DNA of 64,000 nt from Pseudomonadota bacterium (GTDB lineage Bacteria; Pseudomonadota; Alphaproteobacteria; Micropepsales; Micropepsaceae): assembly GCA_040389245.1 (NCBI GenBank), contig JAZKAH010000002.1, forward strand, positions 2,182,402 to 2,246,401, written 5' to 3'. Shown one piece after another: positions 44,732 through 54,569 of the stretch; positions within the stretch are counted from its first letter, which is position 1, and every line of letters begins with the position of its first letter. The translations under genes and the position numbers were made by a program. The notes beneath the pieces are model-generated. The model ran no database searches and was not told the DNA's origin. It was given only the letters and a program-made list of their open reading frames with translations.

Positions 44732-46066
44732 CTATCGGCCGGAAGGTCCTTGGGACGCGGCGCGGGAAAACACGCATTCGCCATCGACGAAAGTCATCTG
44801 GGCGCGGCCCTGGAATTTGCGGCCCTCGAAAGCGGTGTTGCGGGCCCGCGAGTGCAGCGTGCGCTCATCCAGGACAAAAGGTTCGTCGGTGTCCAGCAGC
44901 ACCAGGTCGGCTGGCGTGCCTTTGGCAAGCGTGCCGGCGGTCAGGCCCAGAAGCCGTGCCGGTGTCGCGGTCAGGGCCGCCAATATCTGCGAGAGGCTGG
45001 CATGGCCGTCGTGATAAAGGCCGAGCGCCGCGGGCAGGAGTGTCTCCAGCCCCACCGCGCCGAAAGCCGCGGCGGCGAAGGTCTGGCGCTTGGTGTCTGC
45101 GCCCTGGGGTTCGTGGCTGGACACGATCACGTCGATCGCGCCGCTGGCGACACCTTCCACCATCGCGGCGCGGTCGGCTTCGGAGCGCAGCGGCGGCTTC
45201 ACCTTGCGGAAGGTGTAATAGGCGCCGACATCGAGTTCGTTGAGCAGTAGATGATGGGCGGAAACAGCGCAGGTAATCGAAAGTCCCCTGCGCTTGGCGG
45301 CCGTAATGGCGTCGAGTGCGGCGCGGGTGGAAATCTGTCCGAAGTGATAACGCGCGCCGGTCAGCTCAACCAGGCGGATGTCGCGCTCCACGATGATGGC
45401 TTCGGCCAATGCGGGCGCCGCGGGCAGCCCCAGCCGGGTGGAAAATTCACTTTCCGTGGTCGCGGCGCCTTCCACCAATTCCGGATCCTCGGCATGGCCG
45501 ACCACCAAGGCGTCAAAGGTGGCGGCATAGGACAATGCGCGCCGCATCACCCTGGCATTGGCCACGGTGCGGTCGCCATCGGTGAAGGCGATTGCACCGG
45601 CTTCCTTGAGAAGGCCGATCTCGGTCATGATCTCGCCCGCCAGGCGCTGGGTGAGCGCCGCCATCGGCGCGACCCGTACTTTTGCGGTGGCCTGGGCCCG
45701 GCGCTTGATGAAATCCACCAGCGACGGTTCGTCGATCACCGGGTTGGTGTTGGGCATGGTGACGATGGTGGTGACCCCGCCCGCCGCAGCGGCGTCACTG
45801 GCTGAGGCCAGCGACTCGCGATGCTCGCTGCCCGGCTCGCCAGTGAAGACGCGGCAATCGATCAGTCCGGGCGCCAACACCAGCCCATGGCAATCGATAA
45901 TTTCCGGATCGCGCGGCTCGGCGTCGTTGAACAGGCGCGGGCCGATATCGGCGATCCGGCCATTTTCGACCAGCAAGCCGCCTTTAACATCCAGGCCGGA
46001 CGCCGGGTCGATCAATCGGGCGTTGCGGAAGGCAAGCCGCCCGCTCTTTCCATTGGGCGCGTTCAT
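44732..46066 (-). CDS. pyrC: Dihydroorotase-like subunit (PyrC', probably inactive)
   Basis: Amidohydrolase fold ([14 protein letters not shown]) coupled to pyrB. HxH is replaced by DCRVF and TDHAPH by SSHEPQ. Confidence 0.85.
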   Translation of the reverse strand: MNAPNGKSGRLAFRNARLIDPASGLDVKGGLLVENGRIADIGPRLFNDAEPRDPEIIDCHGLVLAPGLIDCRVFTGEPGSEHRESLASASDAAAAGGVTTIVTMPNTNPVIDEPSLVDFIKRRAQATAKVRVAPMAALTQRLAGEIMTEIGLLKEAGAIAFTDGDRTVANARVMRRALSYAATFDALVVGHAEDPELVEGAATTESEFSTRLGLPAAPALAEAIIVERDIRLVELTGARYHFGQISTRAALDAITAAKRRGLSITCAVSAHHLLLNELDVGAYYTFRKVKPPLRSEADRAAMVEGVASGAIDVIVSSHEPQGADTKRQTFAAAAFGAVGLETLLPAALGLYHDGHASLSQILAALTATPARLLGLTAGTLAKGTPADLVLLDTDEPFVLDERTLHSRARNTAFEGRKFQGRAQMTFVDGECVFSRAASQGPSGR

Positions 46067-47010
46067 GACATTCCCCGGGCGAGCGCATCCAGTACGGCCA
46101 TGCGGATGGCGACGCCCATCTCAACCTGTTCGGCGATGACGCTCACTTCCAGGTCGTCGGCGATATCGGAGGCGATCTCCACGCCCCGGTTCATCGGTCC
46201 GGGATGCATCACCAGCGCGCCTGGCTTGGCGTGCCCGAGCTTTTCGCGGTCCAGGCCATAGAAGCGGAAATATTCCCGCGCCGACGGCACGAAGGCGCCG
46301 GTCATGCGCTCCAGCTGCAAGCGAAGCATCATCACGATATCGACACCGGCCAGGCCCCGTTTCATATCGGTGAAAATTTCCACGCCGAAGCGTTCGGCTT
46401 CCGCAGGCAACAGGGTGCGCGGCGCGATCAGGCGCACCTGCGCGCCCAGCATCGCCAGTAGACGGATATTGGAGCGCGCCACCCGTGAATGCAGGATATC
46501 GCCGCAGATCGCCACCGTCAGGCCTTCAATGCGGCCCAGCCTTCGGCGGATGGTGAGCGCGTCCAGCAACGCCTGGGTAGGATGCTCATGCGCGCCGTCG
46601 CCGGCATTGACCACGCTGCAATCCAGCTTGCGGGACAGCAGTTCGGCGGCGCCCGAATCCTGATGCCGCACCACCAAGATGTCGGGGCGCATGGCGTTCA
46701 GGGTCGAGGCGGTGTCGATCAGGGTTTCGCCCTTGGACACGGACGAGGTCTTGACCGACATGTTGAGCACATCGGCGCCCAGCCTTTTGCCCGCCAGCTC
46801 GAAACTGGACTGGGTGCGGGTGGAGGCTTCGAAGAACAGATTGATGAGCGTGCGGCCCCTGAGCAGCGCGGCTTTTTTGTTGGGGGCTCGGCTCTGCGCC
46901 ACATAGCTTTCGCCAAGATCCAGCAGCGCCGTCACTTCGGCCGCGCAAAGGCCTTCGATCCCAAGCAGATGGCTTGTCTTCAGGATCGGGGGAAGGCTGG
47001 TGGATGTCAT
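46063..47010 (-). CDS. pyrB: Aspartate carbamoyltransferase catalytic subunit
   Basis: [22 protein letters not shown] and MHPGPMNRG motifs. Confidence 0.97.
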   Translation of the reverse strand: MTSTSLPPILKTSHLLGIEGLCAAEVTALLDLGESYVAQSRAPNKKAALLRGRTLINLFFEASTRTQSSFELAGKRLGADVLNMSVKTSSVSKGETLIDTASTLNAMRPDILVVRHQDSGAAELLSRKLDCSVVNAGDGAHEHPTQALLDALTIRRRLGRIEGLTVAICGDILHSRVARSNIRLLAMLGAQVRLIAPRTLLPAEAERFGVEIFTDMKRGLAGVDIVMMLRLQLERMTGAFVPSAREYFRFYGLDREKLGHAKPGALVMHPGPMNRGVEIASDIADDLEVSVIAEQVEMGVAIRMAVLDALARGMS

Positions 47011-47069
47011 TAAAGCCCGGTGTATAGAGGGGGATTCCTGGGACGGCAATATGCCTTTTTCCGGTTCGG

Positions 47070-48353
47070 TTAAGCAGCCATTTCTTCCAATGTCTTTCCG
47101 GCCGGCTCCGGCAGGAACAGGATGGCGGCCAGGGTAATCGGGACGGCGATCAGCAAGAGCTGAATGGCCGGGCCATGACCGTGGAAATGATCATAGAGAC
47201 GGCCTTCCAGCGCCAGGCTCACCGCGCCGGTGCCGATTTCGGCCACATAACGGAGCGCCGAAACGGTGGCGCGATAATGGGTGGGCACGATTTCCATGGC
47301 AAAGCCGGCGATCATCGCTTCGCCGGAAAAGAATCCGAAAAAGGATAGGCCCCAAAGCGGGGGAAGCCAGACACCGCCGACGCCGCTGTAGAAAAGCGCG
47401 AAACCCATGCCGGCGATGGAGACGACGAAGAAGGTCGTCCGCTTGCGCCCGATGCGATCGGAAACACGGCCGGCGATGATCGCCAGCGCCAGCCCGATCA
47501 GGCCCCCGGGAATGAAAACCAGATTTACGTCCAGCGGCGAGTAATGGAAAACGCTTTGCAGATATTTCGACGACAGAACGGACGCGGAAGACAGGGCGAA
47601 GCCAAACGCACCGGCCGCGACCAGGATGGTTGCGAGCCGAAAGGGATATTCCCGCACCAGGCTCCTCAGCAGGTGCAATGCCTCGGCCCATCGCGATCTG
47701 GTTTTCTCCATCGCCTCCAGCGCGACGAAGCGGCGTGTTTCGGGCAGGGTGCGGCGAAGATAGGCCACCAGAAAGAGCGGCACCGCGCCGATCACATACA
47801 GCGCGCGCCAGCCATGCGGCAGCACATTCACGCCCAGGAATGCCAATGAGGCCAGGCCCGCGCCGGTATAATTGAGGGCGCTGAGCGTGCCATTGGCCCA
47901 GCCGCGCGCCCCGGCCGAAACTTCTTCGGCAATGACAACGAAGCACAACATTTCTTCGGCATATCCGAACACGCGGGTCAGGATTTGCGCCCAGACGAAT
48001 TGCGGATAATCGGTGGCGAATGCCGTCAGGAGCGTGAATATCGCCTGACCGAAAATCGTGAACAGAAGAAGCCGCCGCCGCCCCACCAGATCGGCGGCCG
48101 AACAAAGCAGCAGTGCCGCAAGCGTGGCGATCCGGAAATACGAAACCGTCAGCCCGATCTGATTTTCCGGAATATGCAGGCTGGCCTGAATCTGCGGCAC
48201 CGCCAGGCCGAAGATATTGGTGTCGAAGCCGGCGAACATCGCGGCGATACCGACCAGAAGAAAAACACGCTCCTGCCGCCAGACCATCGCGTCGGGCGGC
48301 CGAAGTCCCGGCGGCAGCCAGAGGAAACGGGCGGGCGTGTTTTCGTCCCTCAT
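47070..48353 (-). CDS. MFS transporter
   Basis: Motif A in both halves (ADLVGRR, SDRIGRK); about 12 hydrophobic segments; coupled to ruvX. Confidence 0.88.
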   Translation of the reverse strand: MRDENTPARFLWLPPGLRPPDAMVWRQERVFLLVGIAAMFAGFDTNIFGLAVPQIQASLHIPENQIGLTVSYFRIATLAALLLCSAADLVGRRRLLLFTIFGQAIFTLLTAFATDYPQFVWAQILTRVFGYAEEMLCFVVIAEEVSAGARGWANGTLSALNYTGAGLASLAFLGVNVLPHGWRALYVIGAVPLFLVAYLRRTLPETRRFVALEAMEKTRSRWAEALHLLRSLVREYPFRLATILVAAGAFGFALSSASVLSSKYLQSVFHYSPLDVNLVFIPGGLIGLALAIIAGRVSDRIGRKRTTFFVVSIAGMGFALFYSGVGGVWLPPLWGLSFFGFFSGEAMIAGFAMEIVPTHYRATVSALRYVAEIGTGAVSLALEGRLYDHFHGHGPAIQLLLIAVPITLAAILFLPEPAGKTLEEMAA

Positions 48354-48823
48354 GCCGGCGATTTTTTGAGATTGCGCAGCCGCTCCAATGCGCCCTGCAG
48401 AATGTAGGCGGCCGCCATCTTGTCCACGACTTCGCCGCGCCGTTTGCGTGAGGTGTCGGCGTCCAGGAGCGTGCGGGTCACCGCCATGGTGGAAAGCCTT
48501 TCATCCCAGAATGCGAGGGGGATGGGGCTGCGGGCCACCCAATTGCGGCCGAAGGCCCGGGCGGACTGGGCGGAAGGACCGTCCGAGCCGTCCATGTTCA
48601 GGGGCAGGCCCACCACCAGCCCGCCGACGCCTTGCTCACCTATTATAATGTCCAGCCGCGCGGCATCGGCGGCAAATTTGCCTCTTTTGAGGGTCTCCAT
48701 CGGGGTCGCCACCGTCAGCAACCGATCGGACAGGGCAACGCCGATGGTTTTTTCCCCCAGATCCAGGCCAAGAAGCCGGGCCCCGGGGGGCAAGGTGAGG
48801 CGGTCCAATTCCGTTACCGCCAT
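48350..48823 (-). CDS. ruvX: YqgF/RuvX nuclease
   Basis: [22 protein letters not shown] and D..AA..ILQ motifs. Confidence 0.93.
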   Translation of the reverse strand: MAVTELDRLTLPPGARLLGLDLGEKTIGVALSDRLLTVATPMETLKRGKFAADAARLDIIIGEQGVGGLVVGLPLNMDGSDGPSAQSARAFGRNWVARSPIPLAFWDERLSTMAVTRTLLDADTSRKRRGEVVDKMAAAYILQGALERLRNLKKSPA

Positions 48824-48969
48824 GAATTCCCGGCCTCTCTCTTTGCCATCCCGGCCCACGCCGATATGCATGAAACTTTGGTCGCTCCGGCTTGCGCCGA
48901 CGCTCCTTGCCAGTCCCGCCGGTGATTGCTAGCAAGTCCGGCGCTTTTCTAACAGATCGGGACGCTCAA

Positions 48970-49257
48970 ATGTCCGTTGACAAGGACACCGTGCGACGCA
49001 TCGCCAAGCTGGCCCGGCTGGCCGTGCCGGAAGACCGGCTGGAGCCCCTGGCCGGCGAATTGAACGGCATTTTCCAGTGGGTGGAGATGCTGAACGAAGT
49101 GAATGTCGAAGGCGTCCCGCCGATGACGTCGGTGGTTGCCCAGAAACTCAAATGGCGCAAGGACGAAATCACCGACGGCGGCGTCGCCGATGCCTTGATG
49201 CAGAACGCGCCGGAGCGGGAAGACACGTTCTTCGTCGTGCCCAAGGTGGTGGAATGA
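48970..49257 (+). CDS. gatC: Asp/Glu-tRNA amidotransferase subunit C
   Basis: IAKLARL...NAP...FFVVPKVVE pattern. Confidence 0.95.
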   Translation: MSVDKDTVRRIAKLARLAVPEDRLEPLAGELNGIFQWVEMLNEVNVEGVPPMTSVVAQKLKWRKDEITDGGVADALMQNAPEREDTFFVVPKVVE

Positions 49258-49727
49258 GCGTCGTCATCGCCGTCGAAACACCCCTGACCGACGATATCCG
49301 CCGCCTGGTCGCCGCGCTGAATGAAATGACGTTGACGCTCACGCCGCGCGAATTCACCCATCACCTGACAGTCGAGCAGATGGCGGGTCCCGACATGACG
49401 CTCTTTGTCGCCCGCGACGGTGCAGCCGCCGTCGCGATGGGCGCGCTGCGCCGGCATCCCGGCGGTGTCGGCGAAGTCAAGCGCATGTTCACTTTGCCGG
49501 ATTATCGCGGGCGCGGCATCGGCGGCCGCATCCTGGGCGAGATCGAAGCCCTGGCGCGTAGCGAAGGCTTCAAATCCCTGGTGCTGGAAACCGGCACCAA
49601 TTTCTCCGCCGCCCAGCGCGTCTATGAACGCGCCGGTTTCCGGTCGACGGGCCCTCTGCTGGATTATGCCCCGTCGCCCTATAACGCATTTTTCGAAAAA
49701 CCTCTTTGCATCGGCGTGCCCGCATGA
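49254..49727 (+). CDS. GNAT acetyltransferase inside the gat operon
   Basis: EVKRMF...RGRGIG, LETG and Y.R.GF motifs; ATGA overlaps on both sides. Confidence 0.88.
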   Translation: MSVVIAVETPLTDDIRRLVAALNEMTLTLTPREFTHHLTVEQMAGPDMTLFVARDGAAAVAMGALRRHPGGVGEVKRMFTLPDYRGRGIGGRILGEIEALARSEGFKSLVLETGTNFSAAQRVYERAGFRSTGPLLDYAPSPYNAFFEKPLCIGVPA

Positions 49728-51211
49728 GCGACCCCGTCTCCATGAGCCTGGCCGAGGCGCGCGATGCGCTGAAGGCCAGAAAGATTTCGTCCACCGAGCT
49801 GACATCCGCCCTGATCCGGGCGGTCGAACAGTCGCGCGGGCTCAACGCCTATGTCACCGAAACGCCGGACCGCGCCTTGGCGATGGCGGCGGCGTCGGAC
49901 GCAAGACTGGCAAAGGGCGAGGGCGGCGCGCTCGAAGGCCTGCCGCTGGCGATCAAGGACCTGTTCTGCACCAAAGGCGTGAAGACCACCGCGGGCAGCC
50001 ACATCCTGGGGAATTTCATTCCGCCTTATGAATCCACCGTGACCCAGAATTTGTGGAACGCGGGCGCGGTGATGCTGGGCAAGACCAATTTGGACGAATT
50101 CGCCATGGGTTCGTCCAACGAGACCAGCGCGGCAGGCCCGGTGTTCAATCCCTGGCGGGCCAAAAACAGCAACGCCAATCTGGTGCCGGGCGGTTCGTCC
50201 GGCGGTTCCGCGGCAGCGGTTGCGGGCGATCTTTGCCTCGCCGCCACCGGCACGGACACGGGCGGCTCGATCCGTCAGCCCGCCGCCGTCACCGGGATTG
50301 TGGGGATCAAGCCCACCTATGGCCGTTGCTCGCGCTTCGGCATCGTGGCGTTTGCTTCGTCGCTGGACCAGGCCGGCCCGATGACCAAGACGGTGCGGGA
50401 TGCGGCGATCCTGCTGCGCAGCATGGCGAGCGTGGATCCGAAGGATTCCACCAGCATGGATATGCCGGTGCCCGATTATGAAAAGCAGCTGGAAGGCGGC
50501 ATCAAAGGCCTGCGCGTCGGTATCCCCAAGGAATATCGCATCGATGGCGTACCGGCCGACATTGGCGCCTTGTGGGACAAGGGCGCCGCCTGGCTGAAGG
50601 CCCAGGGTGCGGAGATCGTCGAGGTCTCGCTGCCGCACACCAAATATGCGCTGCCGACTTATTATATTGTTGCGCCAGCGGAGGCTTCGTCGAATTTGGC
50701 CCGCTATGACGGGGTGCGCTTTGGCCATCGCACCAAAAGCAGCATCCACGACATCACGGAACTCTATGAGAAAAGCCGGGCCGAAGGGTTCGGCGCCGAA
50801 GTGCAGCGCCGCATTCTGATCGGCACCTATGTTCTGTCGGCGGGCTATTACGACGCCTATTACGCGCGGGCGCAGAAGCTGCGCACCCTGATCAAGCGCG
50901 ATTTCGACAAGGCCTATGAGAGCTGCGACGTGCTCTTGACGCCCGCCACGCCGGGTCCGGCCTTTGGCGTCGGTGAAAAGACCGCCGATCCGGTGTCCAT
51001 GTATCTGAACGACGTCTTCACTGTGACCGTGAACCTGGCCGGGCTTCCCGGGCTGTCGGTGCCGGCCGGCCTCACCGAAAGCGGTCTGCCGCTGGGGCTG
51101 CAGCTGATCGGAAAGGCTTTCGACGAGGGCACGGTGCTGCGCGCCGGCCTGGCGATCGAGCAGGCGGCCGCGTTCCATCACAAACCCGCCAACTGGTGGA
51201 GAGCGGCATGA
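49724..51211 (+). CDS. gatA: Amidotransferase subunit A
   Basis: [25 protein letters not shown] and [10 protein letters not shown] amidase signature. Confidence 0.97.
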   Translation: MSDPVSMSLAEARDALKARKISSTELTSALIRAVEQSRGLNAYVTETPDRALAMAAASDARLAKGEGGALEGLPLAIKDLFCTKGVKTTAGSHILGNFIPPYESTVTQNLWNAGAVMLGKTNLDEFAMGSSNETSAAGPVFNPWRAKNSNANLVPGGSSGGSAAAVAGDLCLAATGTDTGGSIRQPAAVTGIVGIKPTYGRCSRFGIVAFASSLDQAGPMTKTVRDAAILLRSMASVDPKDSTSMDMPVPDYEKQLEGGIKGLRVGIPKEYRIDGVPADIGALWDKGAAWLKAQGAEIVEVSLPHTKYALPTYYIVAPAEASSNLARYDGVRFGHRTKSSIHDITELYEKSRAEGFGAEVQRRILIGTYVLSAGYYDAYYARAQKLRTLIKRDFDKAYESCDVLLTPATPGPAFGVGEKTADPVSMYLNDVFTVTVNLAGLPGLSVPAGLTESGLPLGLQLIGKAFDEGTVLRAGLAIEQAAAFHHKPANWWRAA

Positions 51212-52680
51212 ACGCGCCCGCGTCAAAATTCATCAAGGGCCAGACCGGCGACTGGGAAGTGGTGATCGGCCTGGAGGTTCATGCCCAGGTCCTTTCCAAA
51301 TCCAAGCTGTTCTCCGGCGCCTCGACCGAATTCGGTGCCGAGCCCAATAGCCAAGTCTCCTTCGTCGATGCCGGCATGCCGGGCATGCTGCCGGTGATCA
51401 ACGAGAAATGCGTGGAGCAGGCCGTCCGCACCGGACTGGGCCTGAAGGCCAAGATCAACCTTTCCAGCATTTTCGACCGCAAGAACTACTTCTATCCCGA
51501 CCTGCCGCAGGGCTATCAGATCAGCCAGTACAAGAACCCCATCGTCGGCGAGGGTGAAGTCGTCATCGACCTCAAGGATGGAACGAGCCGCCTGGTGGGG
51601 ATCGAACGCCTGCATCTGGAGCAGGATGCCGGCAAAAGCCTGCACGACCAGCATCCCGACAGCTCTTATGTCGATCTCAACCGCTCCGGCATCGCCCTGA
51701 TGGAGATCGTCAGCCGGCCCGACATGCGTTCGTCCGAGGAAGCGGCAGCATTCCTGCGGAAATTGCGCGCCATCGTGCGCTATCTGGGCACCTGCGACGG
51801 CAATATGGACGAAGGCTCGATGCGGGCGGACGTGAATGTGTCGGTGCGTAAGCCCGGCGGCCCCCTGGGCACGCGCTGCGAGATCAAGAACGTCAACTCC
51901 ATGCGCTTCATTGCCCAGGCAGTGGAGTATGAAGCGCGACGCCAGATCGAGATCATCGAAGGCGGTGGGGCCATCCGCCAGGAAACAAGGCTTTTCGACA
52001 GCCGTCAGGGCGAGACCCGTTCGATGCGTTCCAAGGAAGAAGCGCATGATTACCGCTATTTCCCCGATCCGGACCTGTTGCCGCTGGAATTGGACGCGGC
52101 CTGGGTGGCCCAGATCGAAAAGTCGCTTCCCGAACTGCCGGACGAGAAGAAGGCACGCTTCATGGCGCTGGGTCTGTCGGCCTACGACGCCTCGGTGCTG
52201 GTGGCCGAACGCGATCTTGCGGATTATTACGAGACGCTGGCCAAAGGCGTGGACGCAAAAGCGGCAGCCAACTGGCTGAACAACGAGTTATTGGGGCGTC
52301 TCAACCGCGATGGCCTGTCTATTGCGCAGGTGCCGGTCAGCGCTGCCGCCAACAATGCCATTGTGGCGATGATTTCGGACAAGACCATCTCCGGTAAGAT
52401 CGCCAAGGATCTCCTCGATATCGTCTGGAGCGAGGGCGGCGACCCGCGCGCCATCGTCGACGCGCGCGGACTGCGCCAGGTCACCGACACCGGCGCGATC
52501 GATGCCGCCATCGAAGCGGTGATCGCCGCCAATCCGGAAAAAGTGGAAGAGGTGAAAGCCAAACCCAAACTTGCGGCCTGGTTTGTCGGTCAGGTGATGA
52601 AGCAGACCGGCGGCAAGGCCAATCCGGCGGCGGTCAATGCCGCGCTCAAGCTGCGACTCAATTTGCCCGACGAAGGGTGA
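51208..52680 (+). CDS. gatB: Amidotransferase subunit B
   Basis: [25 protein letters not shown] and [10 protein letters not shown] motifs. Confidence 0.97.
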   Translation: MNAPASKFIKGQTGDWEVVIGLEVHAQVLSKSKLFSGASTEFGAEPNSQVSFVDAGMPGMLPVINEKCVEQAVRTGLGLKAKINLSSIFDRKNYFYPDLPQGYQISQYKNPIVGEGEVVIDLKDGTSRLVGIERLHLEQDAGKSLHDQHPDSSYVDLNRSGIALMEIVSRPDMRSSEEAAAFLRKLRAIVRYLGTCDGNMDEGSMRADVNVSVRKPGGPLGTRCEIKNVNSMRFIAQAVEYEARRQIEIIEGGGAIRQETRLFDSRQGETRSMRSKEEAHDYRYFPDPDLLPLELDAAWVAQIEKSLPELPDEKKARFMALGLSAYDASVLVAERDLADYYETLAKGVDAKAAANWLNNELLGRLNRDGLSIAQVPVSAAANNAIVAMISDKTISGKIAKDLLDIVWSEGGDPRAIVDARGLRQVTDTGAIDAAIEAVIAANPEKVEEVKAKPKLAAWFVGQVMKQTGGKANPAAVNAALKLRLNLPDEG

Positions 52681-52917
52681 TTCGTGCAAAAATGCGCAAA
52701 CGCGACAAATCGCGGACAGAAACGCGAAAAAAACATCCGTGTACAGAATGTTGCATATAACCCAATAAAAATGGGGGTTATACGCGTTTCAGGCAAATCC
52801 AACTTTTTCAAAAGTCAAGGCGGAGTTGCATTTTCAAATGCAAGTCTTTCATATTGTTCGTGTTTTGGGGGGCGGCCGTAAGTCGCTGGACCCGAACAAA
52901 CGATAGAGGAGTCGAAC

Positions 52918-53007
52918 ATGCCTGTTACTGCGAAAAAGAAGGCCGTGAAGAAGAAAGCGAAGAAGGCCACGAAGAAGAAGGCCGCAAAGAAGAAGAAGAA
53001 GAAATAA
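52918..53007 (+). CDS. Lysine-rich, histone H1-like peptide, 29 aa, not in the ORF track
   Basis: MPVTAKKKAVKKKAKKATKKKAAKKKKKK*; AGAGGAG RBS ends 6 nt before the ATG. Confidence 0.75.
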   Translation: MPVTAKKKAVKKKAKKATKKKAAKKKKKK

Positions 53008-53009
53008 GT

Positions 53010-53270
53010 CAGATTGACCTCAGGTCAATCTGGCGCTCACGGTTCCGTCCCCTAGGGGACGTTCCGATGGCGAAGGTTATGGCCGCGGCCCCCCAGACGC
53101 TCTTTGCGTTTCGGGTGCCGCGGCCAAGCCCGTTCTGGGGCTCCCCGCAAACCGGGATGCCGTCTTCCAAGGCGATGTTTACAATCGAAGGCACGCTCCA
53201 AGGCTACGCAGAAGCCGGACTGGCGCTAGAGTCGCTTGGCGAAAAATGACACCATGGCGGCGAAACGCTA
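53010..53270. other. Palindrome and hairpin array of unknown function
   Basis: Perfect inverted repeats at 53010-53032 and 53046-53061, a long hairpin at 53080-53126, and several shorter stems. Confidence 0.5.
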
Positions 53271-53282
53271 TCGGAGTTCGTC

Positions 53283-54032
53283 ATGGCCGCGCGCCGCACA
53301 AAGAAGAAACCTGCCAGGAAATCGGCCGTTAAACGGCCCGCCAAGAAGGCGCCAAGGCCCATCGAGCTTTACTACTGGCCGACCCCGAATGGCTGGAAGA
53401 TCTCGATCGCGCTGGAAGAGATGAAGCTTCCCTATGTGATGAAGCCGGTCAACATCGGCACAGGCGAGCAATTCGAGCCCGCTTTCCTCAAAATCTCGCC
53501 CAACAACCGCATGCCCGCAATCGTCGATCCGGACGGACCGGGGGGTAAGCCGATCTCCATCTTCGAGTCCGGCGCTATCCTGCAATATCTGGGGCGCAAG
53601 AGCGGCAAGCTCTATCCCGCCGACGAGCGCGGCAAGGTCCAGGTCGAGGAATGGCTTTTCTGGCAGGTCGGCGGGCTGGGGCCGATGGCGGGACAGGCCT
53701 TTCACTTCCTGAGCTATTCCCAGGAAGACATTACCTACGCCAAGAAGCGCTATGCCGATGAGGTTCACCGCCTGCTGGGGGTGATGAACAAGCGTCTGGC
53801 GGCCCGGAAGTATCTGGCGGGCGCCTATTCCATCGCCGACATCGCTTGCTGGGGCTGGGTGGTCGCCGTGATCAATTTCCAGCCGCTGGACGAATTCCCC
53901 AACCTGAAGGCCTGGCACGAGCGGATGAGCGCACGTCCCGCGGTCAAGCGGGGCCATGCGCTGGGCGCCGAACTGCGCAAACCCATGACCGAGGAACAGA
54001 AGAAAATCCTCTTCGGGCAAAGGGCTAGATAA
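53283..54032 (+). CDS. Glutathione S-transferase, YfcG/YghU-like, with basic N-terminal tail
   Basis: TPNG.K, SPNNRMPAIVD, FESGAILQYL and WLFWQ.GGLGPM.GQ motifs. Confidence 0.92.
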   Translation: MAARRTKKKPARKSAVKRPAKKAPRPIELYYWPTPNGWKISIALEEMKLPYVMKPVNIGTGEQFEPAFLKISPNNRMPAIVDPDGPGGKPISIFESGAILQYLGRKSGKLYPADERGKVQVEEWLFWQVGGLGPMAGQAFHFLSYSQEDITYAKKRYADEVHRLLGVMNKRLAARKYLAGAYSIADIACWGWVVAVINFQPLDEFPNLKAWHERMSARPAVKRGHALGAELRKPMTEEQKKILFGQRAR

Positions 54033-54033
54033 A

Positions 54034-54150
54034 TTCCCCCATCTGTCTGCCACGGCCGCAAGCGGCCTAGCAGACGTTCGGAACGCTGCCGCTACCGAAC
54101 TCCCCCGCCAACGGCTGCGCCGTGCGGGGGAAGAAAGCCGGTGTGTTCCT
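54034..54150 (-). repeat. Repeat family A, copy 3
   Basis: Reverse complement aligns end to end with 12101-12217, including a 40-nt identical core. Confidence 0.9.
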
Positions 54151-54293
54151 ATAATTTAGACTTTATTTTCTATCCCTAATGCCCGGTAAACCGTAAGGCT
54201 AATCGGCGTTTACCGCGTCTTAGTTTCTTCCGCTTCACCATGTCCTCACGCGAGCCAAAGTTCGGTTCGCGTGGGCAGGGGAGGAAGACCGCC

Positions 54294-54566
54294 GTGACGT
54301 GCATCGATGTGGATTCATTGGCGCAGTATGAGCGCGATGCCCGGACGGGGCGCGCGGAAGCGCTCTACAATCTGGGGCTGGCTTATTCGACCGGACAGGG
54401 CGTGACGCAGGATTATGTCGCCGCGCACAAATGGTTCAACCTCGCCGCGATGCGCGGCAGCGACACGGCCAAGCGCTGGCGCAACCAGATCGCGGAAGAG
54501 ATGAATGCCGGGCAGATCGCCCAGGCGCAGAAACTCGCCCGCGAATGGCTTCGTTTTTTCCAGTAA
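54294..54566 (+). CDS. Small Sel1-repeat protein
   Basis: ALYNLGLAY.TGQGV.QDYV.AHKWFNLAA motif. GTG start follows GGAGG; ATG at 54240 is the alternative. Confidence 0.85.
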   Translation: MTCIDVDSLAQYERDARTGRAEALYNLGLAYSTGQGVTQDYVAAHKWFNLAAMRGSDTAKRWRNQIAEEMNAGQIAQAQKLAREWLRFFQ

Positions 54567-54569
54567 TCG

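Noticed and set aside
47011-47069. Pyrimidine attenuator or PyrR site before pyrB
   Set aside because: The 59-nt gap has no terminator/antiterminator pair and no leader ORF.
53010-53270. Known RNA (cobalamin or c-di-GMP riboswitch, RNase P, tmRNA, SRP)
   Set aside because: CCCCGCAA and ACGCAAAG fragments are present, but the other conserved elements are not (no B12-box ACTG, no GAGGAAAGTCC, no tag ORF or acceptor stem, no SRP loop).
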